Of a stretch of 64,000 nt of DNA, positions 24,026 to 37,700 are shown one piece after another (position 1 is the stretch's first letter; each line of letters opens with the position of its first letter). The notes under the pieces were generated by a model. It worked only from the letters and a program-made list of their open reading frames with translations. It was not told where the DNA came from and did no database searches. The translations under genes were made by a program, and so were the position numbers. The stretch comes from Mustelus asterias (Eukaryota), in contig NC_135816.1 in assembly GCF_964213995.1 (NCBI RefSeq), forward strand, positions 80,476,001-80,540,000, written 5' to 3'.

Positions 24026-24299
24026 TTCCAGCCTCCTGAGCATTGCCCGATTCCCATTGGTCCACCATGAGCAGCCGTGCCTTCAGCTGCCTGGGGGCTG
24101 AAACTCTGGAATTCCCTTCCTAAACCTCACCAACTGTCACTCTCTCTTTCCCTCTGTCTTTCTCTCTCTGTCTGTCTCTCTCTCTCTGTCAGTGTCACTG
24201 TCCTGTCTCTCTGTCTGTCTCACTCTCTGTCAGTGTCACTGTCCTGTCTCTCTGTCTGTCTCACTCTCTGTCAGTGTCACTGTCCTGTCTCTCTGTCTC

Positions 24300-27200
24300 T
24301 CTGCCCTATGAGGTTGGGGCTGTCCTGTCTCACATTATGCCGAATGGGGAGGGAAGATCCATAGTATTCGCTTCTAGATCATTGAGAAAGGCTGAGGAAA
24401 AGTATACTCAGGTGAATAAAGAAGGCTTGGACATCAAAATTGGTGTTAAGAGATTTTATCATGTCCTTTATGGTAGGCATTTCATGCTTCTAACAGACCA
24501 TCGGTCCTTAATATCCATCTTAAGTCTGTTCACTGGGATACTGTCCATGACGGCAGCTCGATTGCTAAGCTCGGCGTTGGTGCTGTCAGCCTACTCGTAT
24601 GAGATCCGGTACCGTCAGTCAGAGAAACACGGCAATGCGGATGCTCTGTCAAGGCTGCCTTTTACTGGAGATAAAGATGCTCCCAGCTGGAATCTGAAGA
24701 TAATGTACTTCACACTGGAGGGTAAAGTTCCGCTCACTGCTCACCAGGTGTGGAATGCTATCCAGAATGATCCGATTATGAATCAAGTATTGAATGTGGT
24801 CCAGAGAGGAAGCTCAAGTTGCAGGAACCACCTGGAGCTTTGGCCGTATATGTCCCGAAGATGGGAGTTGCCCATATTGGATGGATGTTTGTTATGGGGC
24901 ATGAGAGTCGTCATTCCCCCATCATTAAGAGGAAAGGTGCTGGAACAGATACACCGAGGGCACCCGGGGGTAATGTGAATTTGATGAACAAGTTGAAGAA
25001 AAAGTGGGATCGTTTGAATCCTGAGCTTTGGTAGGGAAGGCCTTATCGCCCCTTCATCCGTGGGAATGGCCACAATCGCCGTGACAGCGAATCCACATTG
25101 ACTTTGCCGGGCCAGCAGAAGGGCAGATGGTTTTAGTGGTAATAGATGCCCACTCCAAGTTGCCGGGGGTTGTGGCTATGAAGTCCACGTCTGCGGAGTG
25201 AACACGAGACAAATTGATGAAATATTTCCCCGGTTTGGTAATGGGGGACAAGTGGTCAGTGACAATGGATCCCAGTTTGTGGCACAGGATTTGACGGAGT
25301 ACATGGTGCACCATGAAATCAGACATCTGATGTTGGCACCATATCACCCGGCGATGAATGGTCTGGTGGGTGATTTGTTTAGACTCTGAAACAGTCTCTG
25401 AAGTTGTCACAGGAAGGGGAGGGGTCGCTAGGGCAGAGGATAAATAAATTTCTTAGCACAACACGGCACACGCAACAACTCAGTGCTCACCAGCTTTGTT
25501 GATGTTCAACAGAAAAATAATCACCAAGTTCAACCTGCTGTGGCCGGAGGAGACCTAAGACTTGGTTAAACAGAACCAAGAGGGACAGATGACCAGAATG
25601 TGTGAAGTCGAGGACTTTCCAGAGCGAGGAATTATACTTCTGAAGAGAAGTGGACACTGGCTAGCATTGTTACAGGTCCTTTGTCGTACACAGTACAGAC
25701 CAGGATGAATTGGTTTGGGAAGGATATGCGGACCTGTTAGTCACAGCACTGCATCAGAGGTGGGAAGTCCCACAAATGATGGAACCGTCCACGTTGGCAC
25801 CAGCGGGTTTGCCCAGGCCGAGTATTTCAGAGTCAGAGTTGATTCGCCCAAGGGAGGACGCAGCATCTGTGGCACCAGCCACCTGGGGAACGTCAGATAG
25901 GGGACCCTAATGCTGAACAGCAAGACCTTCCAGAATCCCGGGAGACTACTCTGGAAGAGGTTCAGGAAGCAAAGAAACAACTTCTACGAAACTGCCACCC
26001 CCCTGATAAACTCATTGGGTGTGATTCTCCCATTCCATTCCGCTAATTTTTCTGCACAGCAGGCTGGGAGAATCGTGCGTTGGCCGATTCGCGGGATTCC
26101 TGTGAGCAGTCGCGCCGCATTTGCGTCTCCCAGGTCCGTATTTCTGGCGGTGTCGCACTGCACTGGAAATTGTTCGGGAGAAAGGGCGAGCAGTATTTTA
26201 CTACTTAAATGCTATTAGCGGGCCCGGGACTGAATTCTCTTAGCCCGCTCGCATCTCCCACCCCACCAGGTGTATTTCACTCCAGTGGGGTTCAGACTAG
26301 CTCCCCGCTTTTGGGAGTTAACGGCCTGAATCTGCTGGAGTGAAGTGGGGGCAATCGGGTCCCCCCTGGGAGTTGCGCTAAGGAGAGGGTGGTGCCCCCT
26401 AGGCATGGTCCCTGGCACTACCCAAGGGGCAAATTGCACATGCCTGGGGGCACTTGGCACTGCCCATCGGGCATGCAGTGCCAAGTAGACAGAGTCTATT
26501 GGGGGTCTTGCCTTCTGTGGTGGGACCTGCTGGGATGGGACCTCGGGAGTGACCTGTGGGGTTGGGGGGGTCCCGCTGCCACTCTGCATAGGGATCATTG
26601 GGGGCTGGAGGGCAGTCAGCGATCGGGGCGGTCTGGGATGGGGCGGTCAGCTGGGGAGGGCGGAGTCTGCCAAGGGGGTCTGCCATGGGGAGGGGGGGGG
26701 TTGGTGGGGTTCTGCCTGTGGGAGGGTGGGGGAATCGCCACTGCTGGGGGCAAGGGGACTGGAGATCGGGGAGGTCCGGGACGGGGGGGTCGGGGCTGAG
26801 CCTGGGAATGTTCAGGGTGGGGGGGGGGGGGGTGAAATTGGGCCATGCGGGGTGTGGGGTGCAGCATTGTGGGGGTCCTGGGCTGGCCAGCGATCGAGCT
26901 AGCCAGCATACCAGAGGCTGACAGTTTGGGGCCTCTGCACATGCTCAGAGACCTGGTGATTTAAGCCTCTCCAGCGTGAATCGGCCCCGCCGCCTGAAAT
27001 TTAATAATATTCACGCTTGTGGGAGATTCTTGTCTGAAGAGCCACTGAAAAGACCAGCATGAATTACTCCAGTTTTCCCACAAATTCGACACTTAGAATT
27101 TTTTGGGGGGAGAATCGTCCCCATTCTGTCCATTTGTCAGAATGATTTTACATTGTGGTCAGTGGTAGATTGCAACACTCTGTACAAATAGGACTCATTG

Positions 27201-27455
27201 TGTGTAAACATGTTCTTCCTTGTTTGTATGTTTTCCACCTTGGATTTACGGGGGAGGTGATAATATGTATCTTTATATATATATAGAATGTTGAGGTTTG
27301 GGGTACTTTAAGAGTACAGGTCAGATGACCCCTGGGTGACCCGTGGGCTGTTAGCTCCACCCTGTGGTCAGCCTTAGACCTGACTGCGAAAGAGTGCATA
27401 CCTTCAATAAACAACTCCCAGTACTGAAGTATTCAAGCATACCTTGTGATTCCTA
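24300..27455 (+). mobile_element. Gypsy remnant, unit 2
   Basis: ORF 24274..24978 PYEVGAVLSH..FASRSL..KYTQ..KEGL. Confidence 0.85.
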
Positions 27456-28199
27456 ATCCCCCTTAGTCCACAGGGACATGCAGTGAATTCCTTAGCAAAG
27501 GCACTGCCTCGTTCATGATCTCTGGGTCAGAGCAACACACTGGACACTTCCTCGGGCGGAATACTTTTAATCCACCTCTTTTGCTTCAGGGTGCTGCCTG
27601 CTGAGGCCTTACTCTGCTGGCTGGGGTGGGCAGGGCCAGTGAATCGGGTTCTGAGGTCAGTGCCTCAGATAGGGTATTGCTCAGAGCTGGCTCAGTGTCA
27701 GGATCGGGAACAGTGATTGGGACTGGCACTGGATCAGCAGGGCCACGGGATTAGGATTGGGGTTTGCTTCTTCCAATCCCTCGAAAACAGATGGAACTGG
27801 TGGCTGTTGTCCTGGGCGTCGAGTGCCTTTAATTGGTTCACATAATATCATCCAGTCACCAGGCGTCCAGTAACATTTTATGCACTGACAGTGTTGCTTT
27901 ATCCACAACAGAATGGGGACCTGAATCCCTCAGGGACAGGAATGTTCTGGCTGAAAGACCGGCAGCGTTACCTGCTGTCCTACTTCATATTCTACCCGGC
28001 TCACCTTCCCTTTAAAGACAGCCTTACTCTGCTTCTTTCTTTTTGCTGTTTTGATGGCTGCTGCCTTCCGTGCAGCCTGTGTATTATCCAGTCGGGTTCT
28101 TATAGTTTTCTCATGAATAAAGCTGTGACCTCGGGCTCTGACAAGTTGAATCTTGGTAGGGGTTCAATACCTCTCATGGGGCTTCCAGTCTTTAAGAAA

Positions 28200-29227
28200 T
28201 AGAACATAGAACATAGAACATTACAGCGCAGAACAGGCCCTTCGGCCCACGATGTTGCACCGACCAGTTAAAAAAAAAAAAAAAAACTGTGACCCTCCAA
28301 CCTAAACCAATTTCTTTTCGTCCATGAACCTATCTACGGATCTCTTAAACGCCCCCAAACTAGGCGCATTTACTACTGATGCTGGCAGGGCATTCCAATC
28401 CCTCACCACCCTCTGGGTAAAGAACCTACCCCTGACATCGGTTCTATAACTACCCCCCCTCAATTTAAAGCCATGCCCCCTCGTGCTGGATTTCTCCATC
28501 AGAGGAAAAAGGCTATCACTATCCACCCTATCTAAACCTCTCATCATCTTATATGTTTCAATAAGATCCCCTCTTAGCCGCCGCCTTTCCAGCGAAAACA
28601 ATCCCAAATCCCTCAGCCTCTCCTCATAGGATCTCCCCTCCATACCAGGCAACATCCTGGTAAACCTCCTCTGCACCCTCTCCAAAGCCTCCACATCCTT
28701 CCTGTAATGTGGGGACCAGAACTGCACACAGTACTCCAAGTGCGGCCGCACCAGAGTTGTGTACAGTTGCAACATAACGCTACGACTCCTAAATTCAATC
28801 CCCCTACCAATAAACGCCAAGACACCATATGCCTTCTTAACAACCTTATCTACTTGATTCCCAACTTTCAGGGATCTATGCACACATACACCTAGATCCC
28901 TCTGCTCCTCCACACTATTCAAAGTCCTCCCGTTAGCCCTATACTCAACACATCTGTTATTCCTACCAAAGTGAATTACCTCACACTTCTCCGCATTAAA
29001 CTCCATCCGCCACCTCTCGGCCCAACTTTGCAACCTGTCTAAGTCTTCCTGCAAACTACGACACCCTTCCTCACTGTCTACCACACCACCGACTTTGGTG
29101 TCATCAGCAAATTTGCTAATCCACCCAACTATACCCTCATCCAGATCATTAATAAATATTACAAACAGCAGTGGCCCCAAAACAGATCCCTGAGGTACAC
29201 CACTTGTAACCGCACTCCATGATGAAT
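28200..29227 (-). mobile_element. Young 5'-truncated CR1-clade LINE, unit 2 only
   Basis: Uninterrupted ORF 28302..29180 (KFADDTK, VRPHLEYCVQFWSP); (TTCTATG)n tail. Confidence 0.95.
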
Positions 29228-30616
29228 ATGGGGAATGAATGGGGAATGAATCCAGTTGAACAAGAGGGTCAGCTCCATCGGATCATGAGACCAAAGGAAA
29301 GGACTATTCCAGGTCGAGTTATTTTGCTGGATGACCTTGCGCTGCATCTCTTTGAGGGTGCGGTCCATCCTCTCTACAATCCTACTGGATTGAGGATGGA
29401 AGGCGGTATGAAACCTTTGGCTGTACCAAATATATTCAGCACCGCCTGCATTACCTGGGCCGTATAACTGCCACATCCTCTGTCTTCTGGTGTGCATCCT
29501 CTACCATAGAGGGTCCATCTACAAATAATTTTACACATTTCTCTGCTCCCCAGGTTCCCTTGGGTCTTCCCCTGTTTTGTTTTGGCACAGATTGTCCCTT
29601 GGGATCAGTTGTTTCCGCTACCTGACACTCATGGGGTTCCCCACCGTAGCTGAAGCTGTCAGCCAGGAAGGTGGGCAACTTGGTACATTTTACCGTAATG
29701 TCGTGTGCCTGCGTTAGGGTCCAACCCATTCTGTAGTTTTGGCTGACTGTGCCATCTTTAATTTGGCCGTCCTGCAAAATGTGGATGAGAGTGTTGTAGA
29801 AAGATAGAAAAGAACAGGGCTACTATACGATTGCCAGACTGTTCGGGTTTTTGTCTAATCAACTTAGATGCAGAATTCACGTTAAATCAATGGGGAGTAA
29901 GTTTGTTAGTAATTGTAATGAGGTGTTTTAAATACTTTGTAGTCTTGAAGGACATGTAATACCTTAAATTAGTCCATACATATAAATATATCTTCTGTAC
30001 ATTTTTAGAAGTTAAACAAAGAAACTTTGATGCACAGTTACAGAGTGCCCCTTTGATACCAAACATATGTTAGATACATTCCTTTAAAACACCCAACTGT
30101 TGGAATCACAGGGCAATAAAGGAGGCTTCATTGCCTCACCAGACACCTCATCAGAAACAACTGAGACAAGAGTGAGTTTTAATGAAGCTGCCTTCACAGT
30201 TTCTAATCAAAACAGAGTCAGAAAGACATTAATGTCTTAGCTAACGAAAAAGTTATGGTAGGGGACTTAGTGGGAACTGACAAGAATTAATGGTGACGTG
30301 ATGACACCCCTCAAAATTGTAGGTTGTGATGAAAAGCTCAGTCATTGAATTGATAAGCAATATATACGTGTGTTTCATTACGTTGGCAATAAACAAACTT
30401 ATCAGGGCTATAATTGGGAAATATCATGAAGGCAAATTGAGTTGACCACATCCCTTAGAGATTCAGTTAACTTCACTGACAAGGCCATAAAATACTAATG
30501 GCTTTTGTAGGTCCCCTTTATCAATTAAAGGATGCCCATGTGAGACTGTTTTGGTGAAGGTGCTTTGTGAGGCTGCGATCAAAATAGAGACATGATGTCT
30601 GACTAAGAGACTAGAG

Positions 30617-30734
30617 CAGTAAGAAGTCTCACAACACCAGGTTAAAGTCCAACAGGTTTATTTGGTAGCAAATACCATAAGCTTTCGGAGCAGAGCTCCT
30701 TCGTCAGATGGAGTGGATATCTGAGCTGGGCTGC
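30617..30734 (-). mobile_element. 118-bp Penelope terminal fragment, unit 2 only
   Basis: 9-bp TSD agactagag (30608-16, 30735-43); empty site in units 1 and 3. Confidence 0.9.
30675..30711 (-). ncRNA. Minimal hammerhead ribozyme motif
   Basis: ccat CTGACGA a ggagc tct gctcc GAAA gctt atgg. Confidence 0.75.
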
Positions 30735-33700
30735 AGACTAGAGGACAGGCTTAGGGATGATATATTGGGGTATCCCACGAGGTATCATGATCTCATCGAT
30801 CAGGGTGGTTCAGTATTGTTTCTATTGGATCAATACGTAAAGTATGTCATTTGTAACACTTTTGATTGGATTGTGCCCAACTAACTGTGAGCTGCAGAAT
30901 TGTATAAACCAGGATGATTTTCTTTGTCTGACCCATTGTGTAAAGACCACTCCCCTTGCCAGCAAGTAAATAAAGACAATCTGTTGGTTAAGTGTCTTGT
31001 GTTAATGAGTGTTTGTATTAAAGTCAAACTTGGAAGTTGAGATTTCGACAGTATGTTCTGTCAGGATGGTTCAGGGAATCAGGCCAATGATATAAGGTGA
31101 AGTGGATCACCACCCAGAACACAGCTAACAATTGCTCCTCACATACAGAGATGCTGTGTTTTACTGGAGAAAGGAGCTGGGAAACATAGGCTACCACTCC
31201 GAGTCAGTAATGGAGCGCTGGGAGGAGAATGGTGCAAGTGTGGCATCCGTGGCTGCAACTTCCAAGGCAAAGGGAAGCTCTGGGTCGGGTGCTTGCAGTG
31301 TGGGCACAGGTAGACACGCGGCAGCAGGATGTCATTGCTATGATGGAAACCTATGATGGAAATTGGCAGCTCAATATCCCTGCTTATAGAGTCTTCAGAT
31401 TCCCACTAGAGTGGGAGATAAAAAAGGGAGTAGCCCAAAGGTTAAATAATCGATTCCAGTTATGAGAAGGGATGACATATTAAACAGGTTAAAAAGTGAG
31501 GGTTTATGGGTTAAAAATGAAAAAAGGGCAAGCACAGTACTGGGAGTATACTGCAGATCCTCAAATAGTGAAAGGAAGACAGTAGAACAAATATGTAGGC
31601 ACATTTCTGCCTGTAATAATGAGGGCAATAACAGTAGGAGACTTTAACTATTCCAATATCAAATGGGATTCAAACAATATAAGGGGCACAGAGGGAGAAT
31701 CATGCATTGTGTGCAGGAAATGTTTTTCAACGAACGAGTGACAAACGCAATGAGAAGGGATGTAATTCTAGACCTAGCCTTGGGGAACGAAGGGGCAAGT
31801 GGGTGGAGTGACAGTTGCCGACTATATCAGGGATAGTGATCACAATTCAGTTAGATTTAGCATTACCATGGAAAATGACAGAGATAAAGCTGGAATAAAA
31901 GTTTTGTACTGGGGGGAGGAAAATTTTGTAGGAATGAGAAGGGACTTGGCTGAGATATACTGGACAGCCCTGCTACAGGATAAATTAATCGAAAACCAGT
32001 GGGAAGCACTGAACAGCAAGATCCTAAATATACAAAGCAGACCTGGCCCCTCCAAAATTGAGAATGATGCTGCCAAATCTGCACCCATCGGTTGTCCAGA
32101 AGAATTCAGGGGAAGATCAAACAGAAAAAGAAAGTGTATGATAGGAACAAAGAACTAAGCACTGCAGATAAATTAGATGAATATCGGAAGTGCAGGGTCG
32201 AAATAAAAAAGAAAATAAAGAAATCAAAGCGAGAGCAAAAAATTAGCAAGAAAATTTAAAGAAAACCCAAAAATGTTTTACCAAAATATTATTGGTCAAA
32301 GGTTAGCTAAGGGAAAAGTGGGACCTATCAGAGATGAAGAAAGGAACTTGCGGATTGATGCAGAAGCTGTGAGAAGGATTTTAAATGAATATTTTGTCTC
32401 CATGTTTACAAAGGAAAGGGATGATGCAGATATAGCAGTCCAGGAGGAACACTGTGGGATATTGGATGGAATAATCATAAAGAGAGATGAAGTACTTGAA
32501 GGGTTGCAATCCTTGCAATCCTGGAAATTGATAAGTCACCAGGGCAAGATGGACTGTTTCCAAGGCTGCTGAAGGAGATCAGGAAGGAAATAGCAGATGC
32601 TCTGAAGATGATTTTCCAATCCTCACTAGATAGAAGGGAGGTACCAGAGGACTGGAGAAATGCAAACATAGTTCCATTGTTTTAAACGGGATCGAAGAAA
32701 ATGCCAAACAATTATATGCCAGTTAGTCTTACATTTGGTGGGCAAATTAGTAGATTCAACCCTGAGAGATAGGATTAACTGTCATGGAGAAAGGCAAGAA
32801 TTTGTCAGGGATGATCAGCATGGATTTGCTAAAGGAATAATAAAGGATTTTTTTCTTGGAACAAAGAAGGCTGAGGGGTGACTTGATAAAGGTATAAAAT
32901 TATGAGGAGAACAGATAGAGTGGACAGTATTTCCCTTGGTGGAGAATTCTAGAAGCAGGAGACATTGATCCAAGATAAGTGGCAGTTGGTGTGGAGGGGA
33001 CATGAAGAGGAATTTTTCTTTAAGCAAAGGGCAGTGGGTGTCCTGAATTTGCTGCCTGAATTGGTGGTGGAGGCTGAGACCCTAAACTCTTTCAAAAAGT
33101 ACCTGGATCTGCACCTTGAGTGCTGTAAGCTATAGGGCTATGACTTGGGTGCCAGAAGGTGGGACTGGAAAGGGCACCTGGGCTATCAGCAGACTGGCAT
33201 GGACAAAATGGGCTGAATGACCTCCTTCTGTGCCGTAACTTTTCAATGGTTCTAAGTGCTGTCCTTGTCACATTATGGCTCTGGCCTCTTACAGAGCTGG
33301 GTGCCACCAAGTCTGAGTAGCATTCTTCGAACAAAGCACATTCACTGGAGGTGTAAGTAACGGTTCATTCTGAAATAAGGTGGCCTTTAGCATCCGATCA
33401 GGTCAGTCTGGTTTTAATGGGAATTTGATAGCCCAAGGCTTGGCTGCATGAAGACTATTTGTTCCAGCTCTGAAGTTTACAAATTGCAGAGTCCGGCTCA
33501 GTTTAAAATTGACTTCCTCATTTTGAGTTTTCATCCATGTGCATGAAGAAATATCAATATTTGTGTAACAAACCTGGAGGTCATGTGTTTCCTGAACACA
33601 ATGAGGATCCTGTAAATGGACCTTGCTGTGGTTTCTCTTCAGATTGTATAAACTTCACTCTGTATCTAACCCCGTGCTGTACCTGTCCTGGGGGTGTTTG

Positions 33701-34595
33701 ATGGGGACAGTGTAGAGGGAGCTTTACTCTGTATCTAACCCCGTGCTGTACCTGTCCTGAGAGTGTTTGATGAGGACAGTGTAGAGGGAGCTTTACTCTG
33801 TATCTAACCTTGTGCAGTACCTGTCCTGGGAGTGTTTGATGAGGACAGTGTAGAGGGAGCTTTACTCTGTATCTAACCTTGTTCAGTACCCCATCTCATT
33901 TTCTCTTTATCTCTCTCTCTTTACCTCTCTCTCTCTTTCTCTCGCTCTGTCTCATTCTGTCTTTAAGGGGAGGTCTATAAAATAATGAGGGGCACAGGTC
34001 AGTTAGATAGTCAACATCCTTTCCCAAAGGTAGGGGAGTCTAAAACTAGAGGGCAGAGGTTTAAGATGAGAGGGGAGAGATACAAAAGGGTCCAGAGGGG
34101 TAATCTTTTCACACAGAGGATGGTGAGCGTCTGGAACAAGCTGCCAGACGTTGTAGTGGAGGTGGGTACAATTTTGTCTTTTAAAAAGCATTTAGACAGT
34201 TACATGGTTAAGATGGGTAAAGAGAGATATGAGCCAAACGTGGACACTTGGGACTAGCTTGGTGGTTAAAAAAAAAGGTGGCATGGACATGTCGGGGCAA
34301 AGGGCCTGTTTCCATGCTGTAAACCTCTATGACTCCTTGTTCCTCTCTCTCTGTCCCTCTGTCTCCAACACCATATCCATGAATATTGAAGAGTAACACT
34401 CAGTGTTATGTCTCTATTCCTTCTCCCTTCCTCTAACTCTCTCTTATTCTCTCTTTTATCTCTGACTCTTTCTCCCTTTCTCTCGCTGTCTCATTCTGTT
34501 TTTATCTTCTTATCTCTCTCTCTCTCTCTGTCTCCATCAGAATATCCATGAATATTGAAGAGTAACAGTACGATTCAGGAATGAGTTGCTAATAC

Positions 34596-34705
34596 TCAAC
34601 GTTTGCTGATCACATGGACGATGACAATAATCGAGAGAAGAATAGTCAGAATGATGACAGAGCTGATGATCTTCACAGTACATGGAGAGCTGCAGGATTG
34701 TTCAG
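34596..34705 (-). CDS. Copy 2 exon 4, stalk + transmembrane
   Basis: AEQSCSSPCTVKIISSVIILTILLSIIVIVHVISKR*. Confidence 0.8.
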
Positions 34706-37700
34706 CTGGAGGAGGAGAAGGGGAATCACTGTTAAAGGGGTGTATTTCACAGCTCAGTGAAAAAAACTGCTTCATCAATTCACGGCCCATCACTTCAAAC
34801 TCACTGTCTAAGAGTAACAAAAGCAGAGTAAGTGACACAGAGATACAGAGCAGTGGGTGCACGTTGGCACAGTGATTAGCACTGCTGCCTCACAGTGCCA
34901 GGGAGCCGGGTTTGATTCCCGGCTAAGGTGACTGGGTGGAGTTTGCACGTTTTCCCCATGTCTGCGTGAGTTTCCTCCGGGTGCTCCGGTTTCCTCCCAC
35001 AGCCTGAAAGACGTGCTGATTAGGTCCATTGGCCACGCTAAATGTTCCCACAGGATACCCAAACAGGCATCGGAGTGTGGTGACTAAGGAATTTTCACAG
35101 TAACTTCATTGCAGTGTTAATGTAAGCCTACTTGTGACACGAATAAATGAACTTTAAAGTAAAGTTCCCTCTACCCTGTCCCCATCAAAAACACCATCCC
35201 CACACCCCCACTTCTTGCCTTCAAACAATCACGCAACCTCAAACAGACCATTGTCCGCAGCAAACTACCCAGCCGTCAGGAGAACAGTGACCACGGCACC
35301 ACACAACCCTGCCACAGCATCCTCTGCAAGACGTGCCGGATCATCGACACGGATGCCATCATCTCACGCAGCACACCATCCACCAGGTACACGGTACATA
35401 CTCTTGCAACTCGGCCAATGTTGTCTACCTGTTACGCTGCAGGAAAGGATGTCCCGAGGCATGGTACATTGGGGAAACCATGCAGACGCTACGACAACGG
35501 ATGAATGAACACCGCTCGACAATCACCAGGCAAGACTGTTCTCTTCCTGTTGGGGAGCCCTTCAGCGGTCATGGGCATTCAGCCTCTGATCTCCGGGTAA
35601 GCGTTCTCCAAGGCGGCCTTCCCGACACACGACAGCGCAGAGTCGCTGAGCAGAAACTGATAGCCAAGTTCCGCACACATGAGGACGGCCTCAACCGGGA
35701 TGTTGGGTTCATGTCACACTATCTGTAACCCCCACAACTTGCCTGGATGTGCAAAATCTCACTCGCTGTCCTGTCTGGAGACAATACACAGCTCTTTAAC
35801 CTGTGCTTAATACTCCCTCCACTCACATTGTCTGTACCTTTAAGACTTGATTAGCTGGAAAGACTCGCATTCCAATCATTATTCATGTAAATTGAGTTTG
35901 TGTCTTTGTGCCCTGTTTGTGATCAGAACTCCCACCCACCTGATGAAGGAACAGCCTGTTCCGAAAGCTTGTGGCTTTTGCTACCAAATAAACCTGTTGG
36001 ACTTTAACCTGGTGTTGTAAGACTTTTTACTGTGTTTACCCCATCAAATACACCCAGGACATTACAAATTAGAGCCATTTAACATTTGAATGCAGTTGTT
36101 TCTTTGTCTGACTGTGATACTCACTGAGTACAGTTACATTTTTCTCTTCCTCAGACTCACCAGGTTTGTTTTCATTGCAGACGTCACTCAGTTTGATGTG
36201 TGCAGTGTCTTCACTGACGGGGTTCCTGGCCTCACACTTGTACACATTGTCCTCGATCTGTGCTGTGAAATGAAGCTGTAACTCCTGTCCATTTTCAGAG
36301 AGATGATGGATGCTGTCATTCCCCAATGCTTCTTGTCCCATCCACCAGCTGAAGCTGGTGTTGTCGCCTGTGTTCACTGAGCAGCTCAGGGTGATGTTAC
36401 AGTTCTCTGTGATCTGACAGCTGATCTTTGTTCCTGTCACAGGCTCTGATATTCAGATTGAAAGACAAAAGATACATGAGGAAGGAATGTCGGCCCTTGT
36501 GGGTCACCTCAATATCCAGCACCCTCACGCCTGCTTCAAGACAACTCTGAACCCCGCTCAACCCTCCATTTTAACCATTCCGCTCAGAGTGTGGGACTGT
36601 ATCCTGGGAATTCTCTCTGGATCAGTCTCATTGGTGACTCCAGTAAGTGGTCCCTGTGACCCTCATTATCTGGAGGGCACCCTCTCGATCTGCTGGGGAA
36701 TTGGTTAAAGAAGATCAGTCTGGGTTCACAATAGAGAGACTCTAGAATGAGGATAGAGTTGTCACTGTGTACCCTGTTCAGGGAGATAGTGGTGTTGTGA
36801 TAATGTCACTGGACCAGTAATCCAGAGACCCAGACTAAAGCTCTGCTGGTGTCGGTTCAAATCCAACCATGGCAGCTGATAGAAATTAAATTCAATTAAT
36901 AAAATCTGGAATCGAAAAAGTATCTCAGCAATGGTGAACATGAAACTGCCAATTATTGTTGTAAAAACCCATCAAGTTCATAATGTCCTTTAGGGACGGA
37001 AATCTGCTGTCCTTACCTACATGTGACTCCAGATCCAAAGCAATGTGGTTGACTTTTAACTGCCCTCTGAAATTGTCAAGCAAGCCGCAAAGTTCAAGGG
37101 CAATTAAGGATAGGAAACAAAGTCTGGCCTTGCCAACAACGCCCACATCCCATGAAAGAAGAAAATATCCCTGACGAATGGAATATATTAGAGGCTGTCC
37201 TCTCTGATCTCAGGAACATCTGGACTAGGAGACGGTGGTTGAGGCAACAACTCATTTATTTATGTGGGGCAGGTGAAGGATTATACATGACGGTTAAAAT
37301 TGTTAGTGTGTTTGACATGGTAGATACTGAGAGGCTGTTCCCCCTTCCCTGCCCCGCTTGGAGATAGTGGAATTAGAGGGGTCACAATTTCGGGGTAAGG
37401 GGTATTATAGGATACTTAAGGGGCTTGACAGGATAAATGCTGAGAGTATGTTTCCCCTCATGGGAGAGTCGAGAACCAGGGGGCATCGTCTCAGAATAAA
37501 GGATCGCCGATTTAAGACTGAGGTGATGAGGAATTTCTGCTCTCAGAAGGTTGTGAGTGTTTGGAACTCCTTGCCACAGAGAGCTGTGGGGAAAGATTCC
37601 TTGTGTATATCTAATGCTGCAATAGATAGATTCTTGATTAAGCGAATCGAGGGTTACGAGAAAAGGGCAGGAAAGTGGCTGTGAGGAATATGGGGTCACC

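Larger units (their letters stand above)
4915..24483. repeat. Tandem segmental duplication unit 1 (~19.6 kb)
   Basis: Anchor atgcttctaacag recurs at 4915, 24484 and 41470; ORF track repeats three times. Confidence 0.95.
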
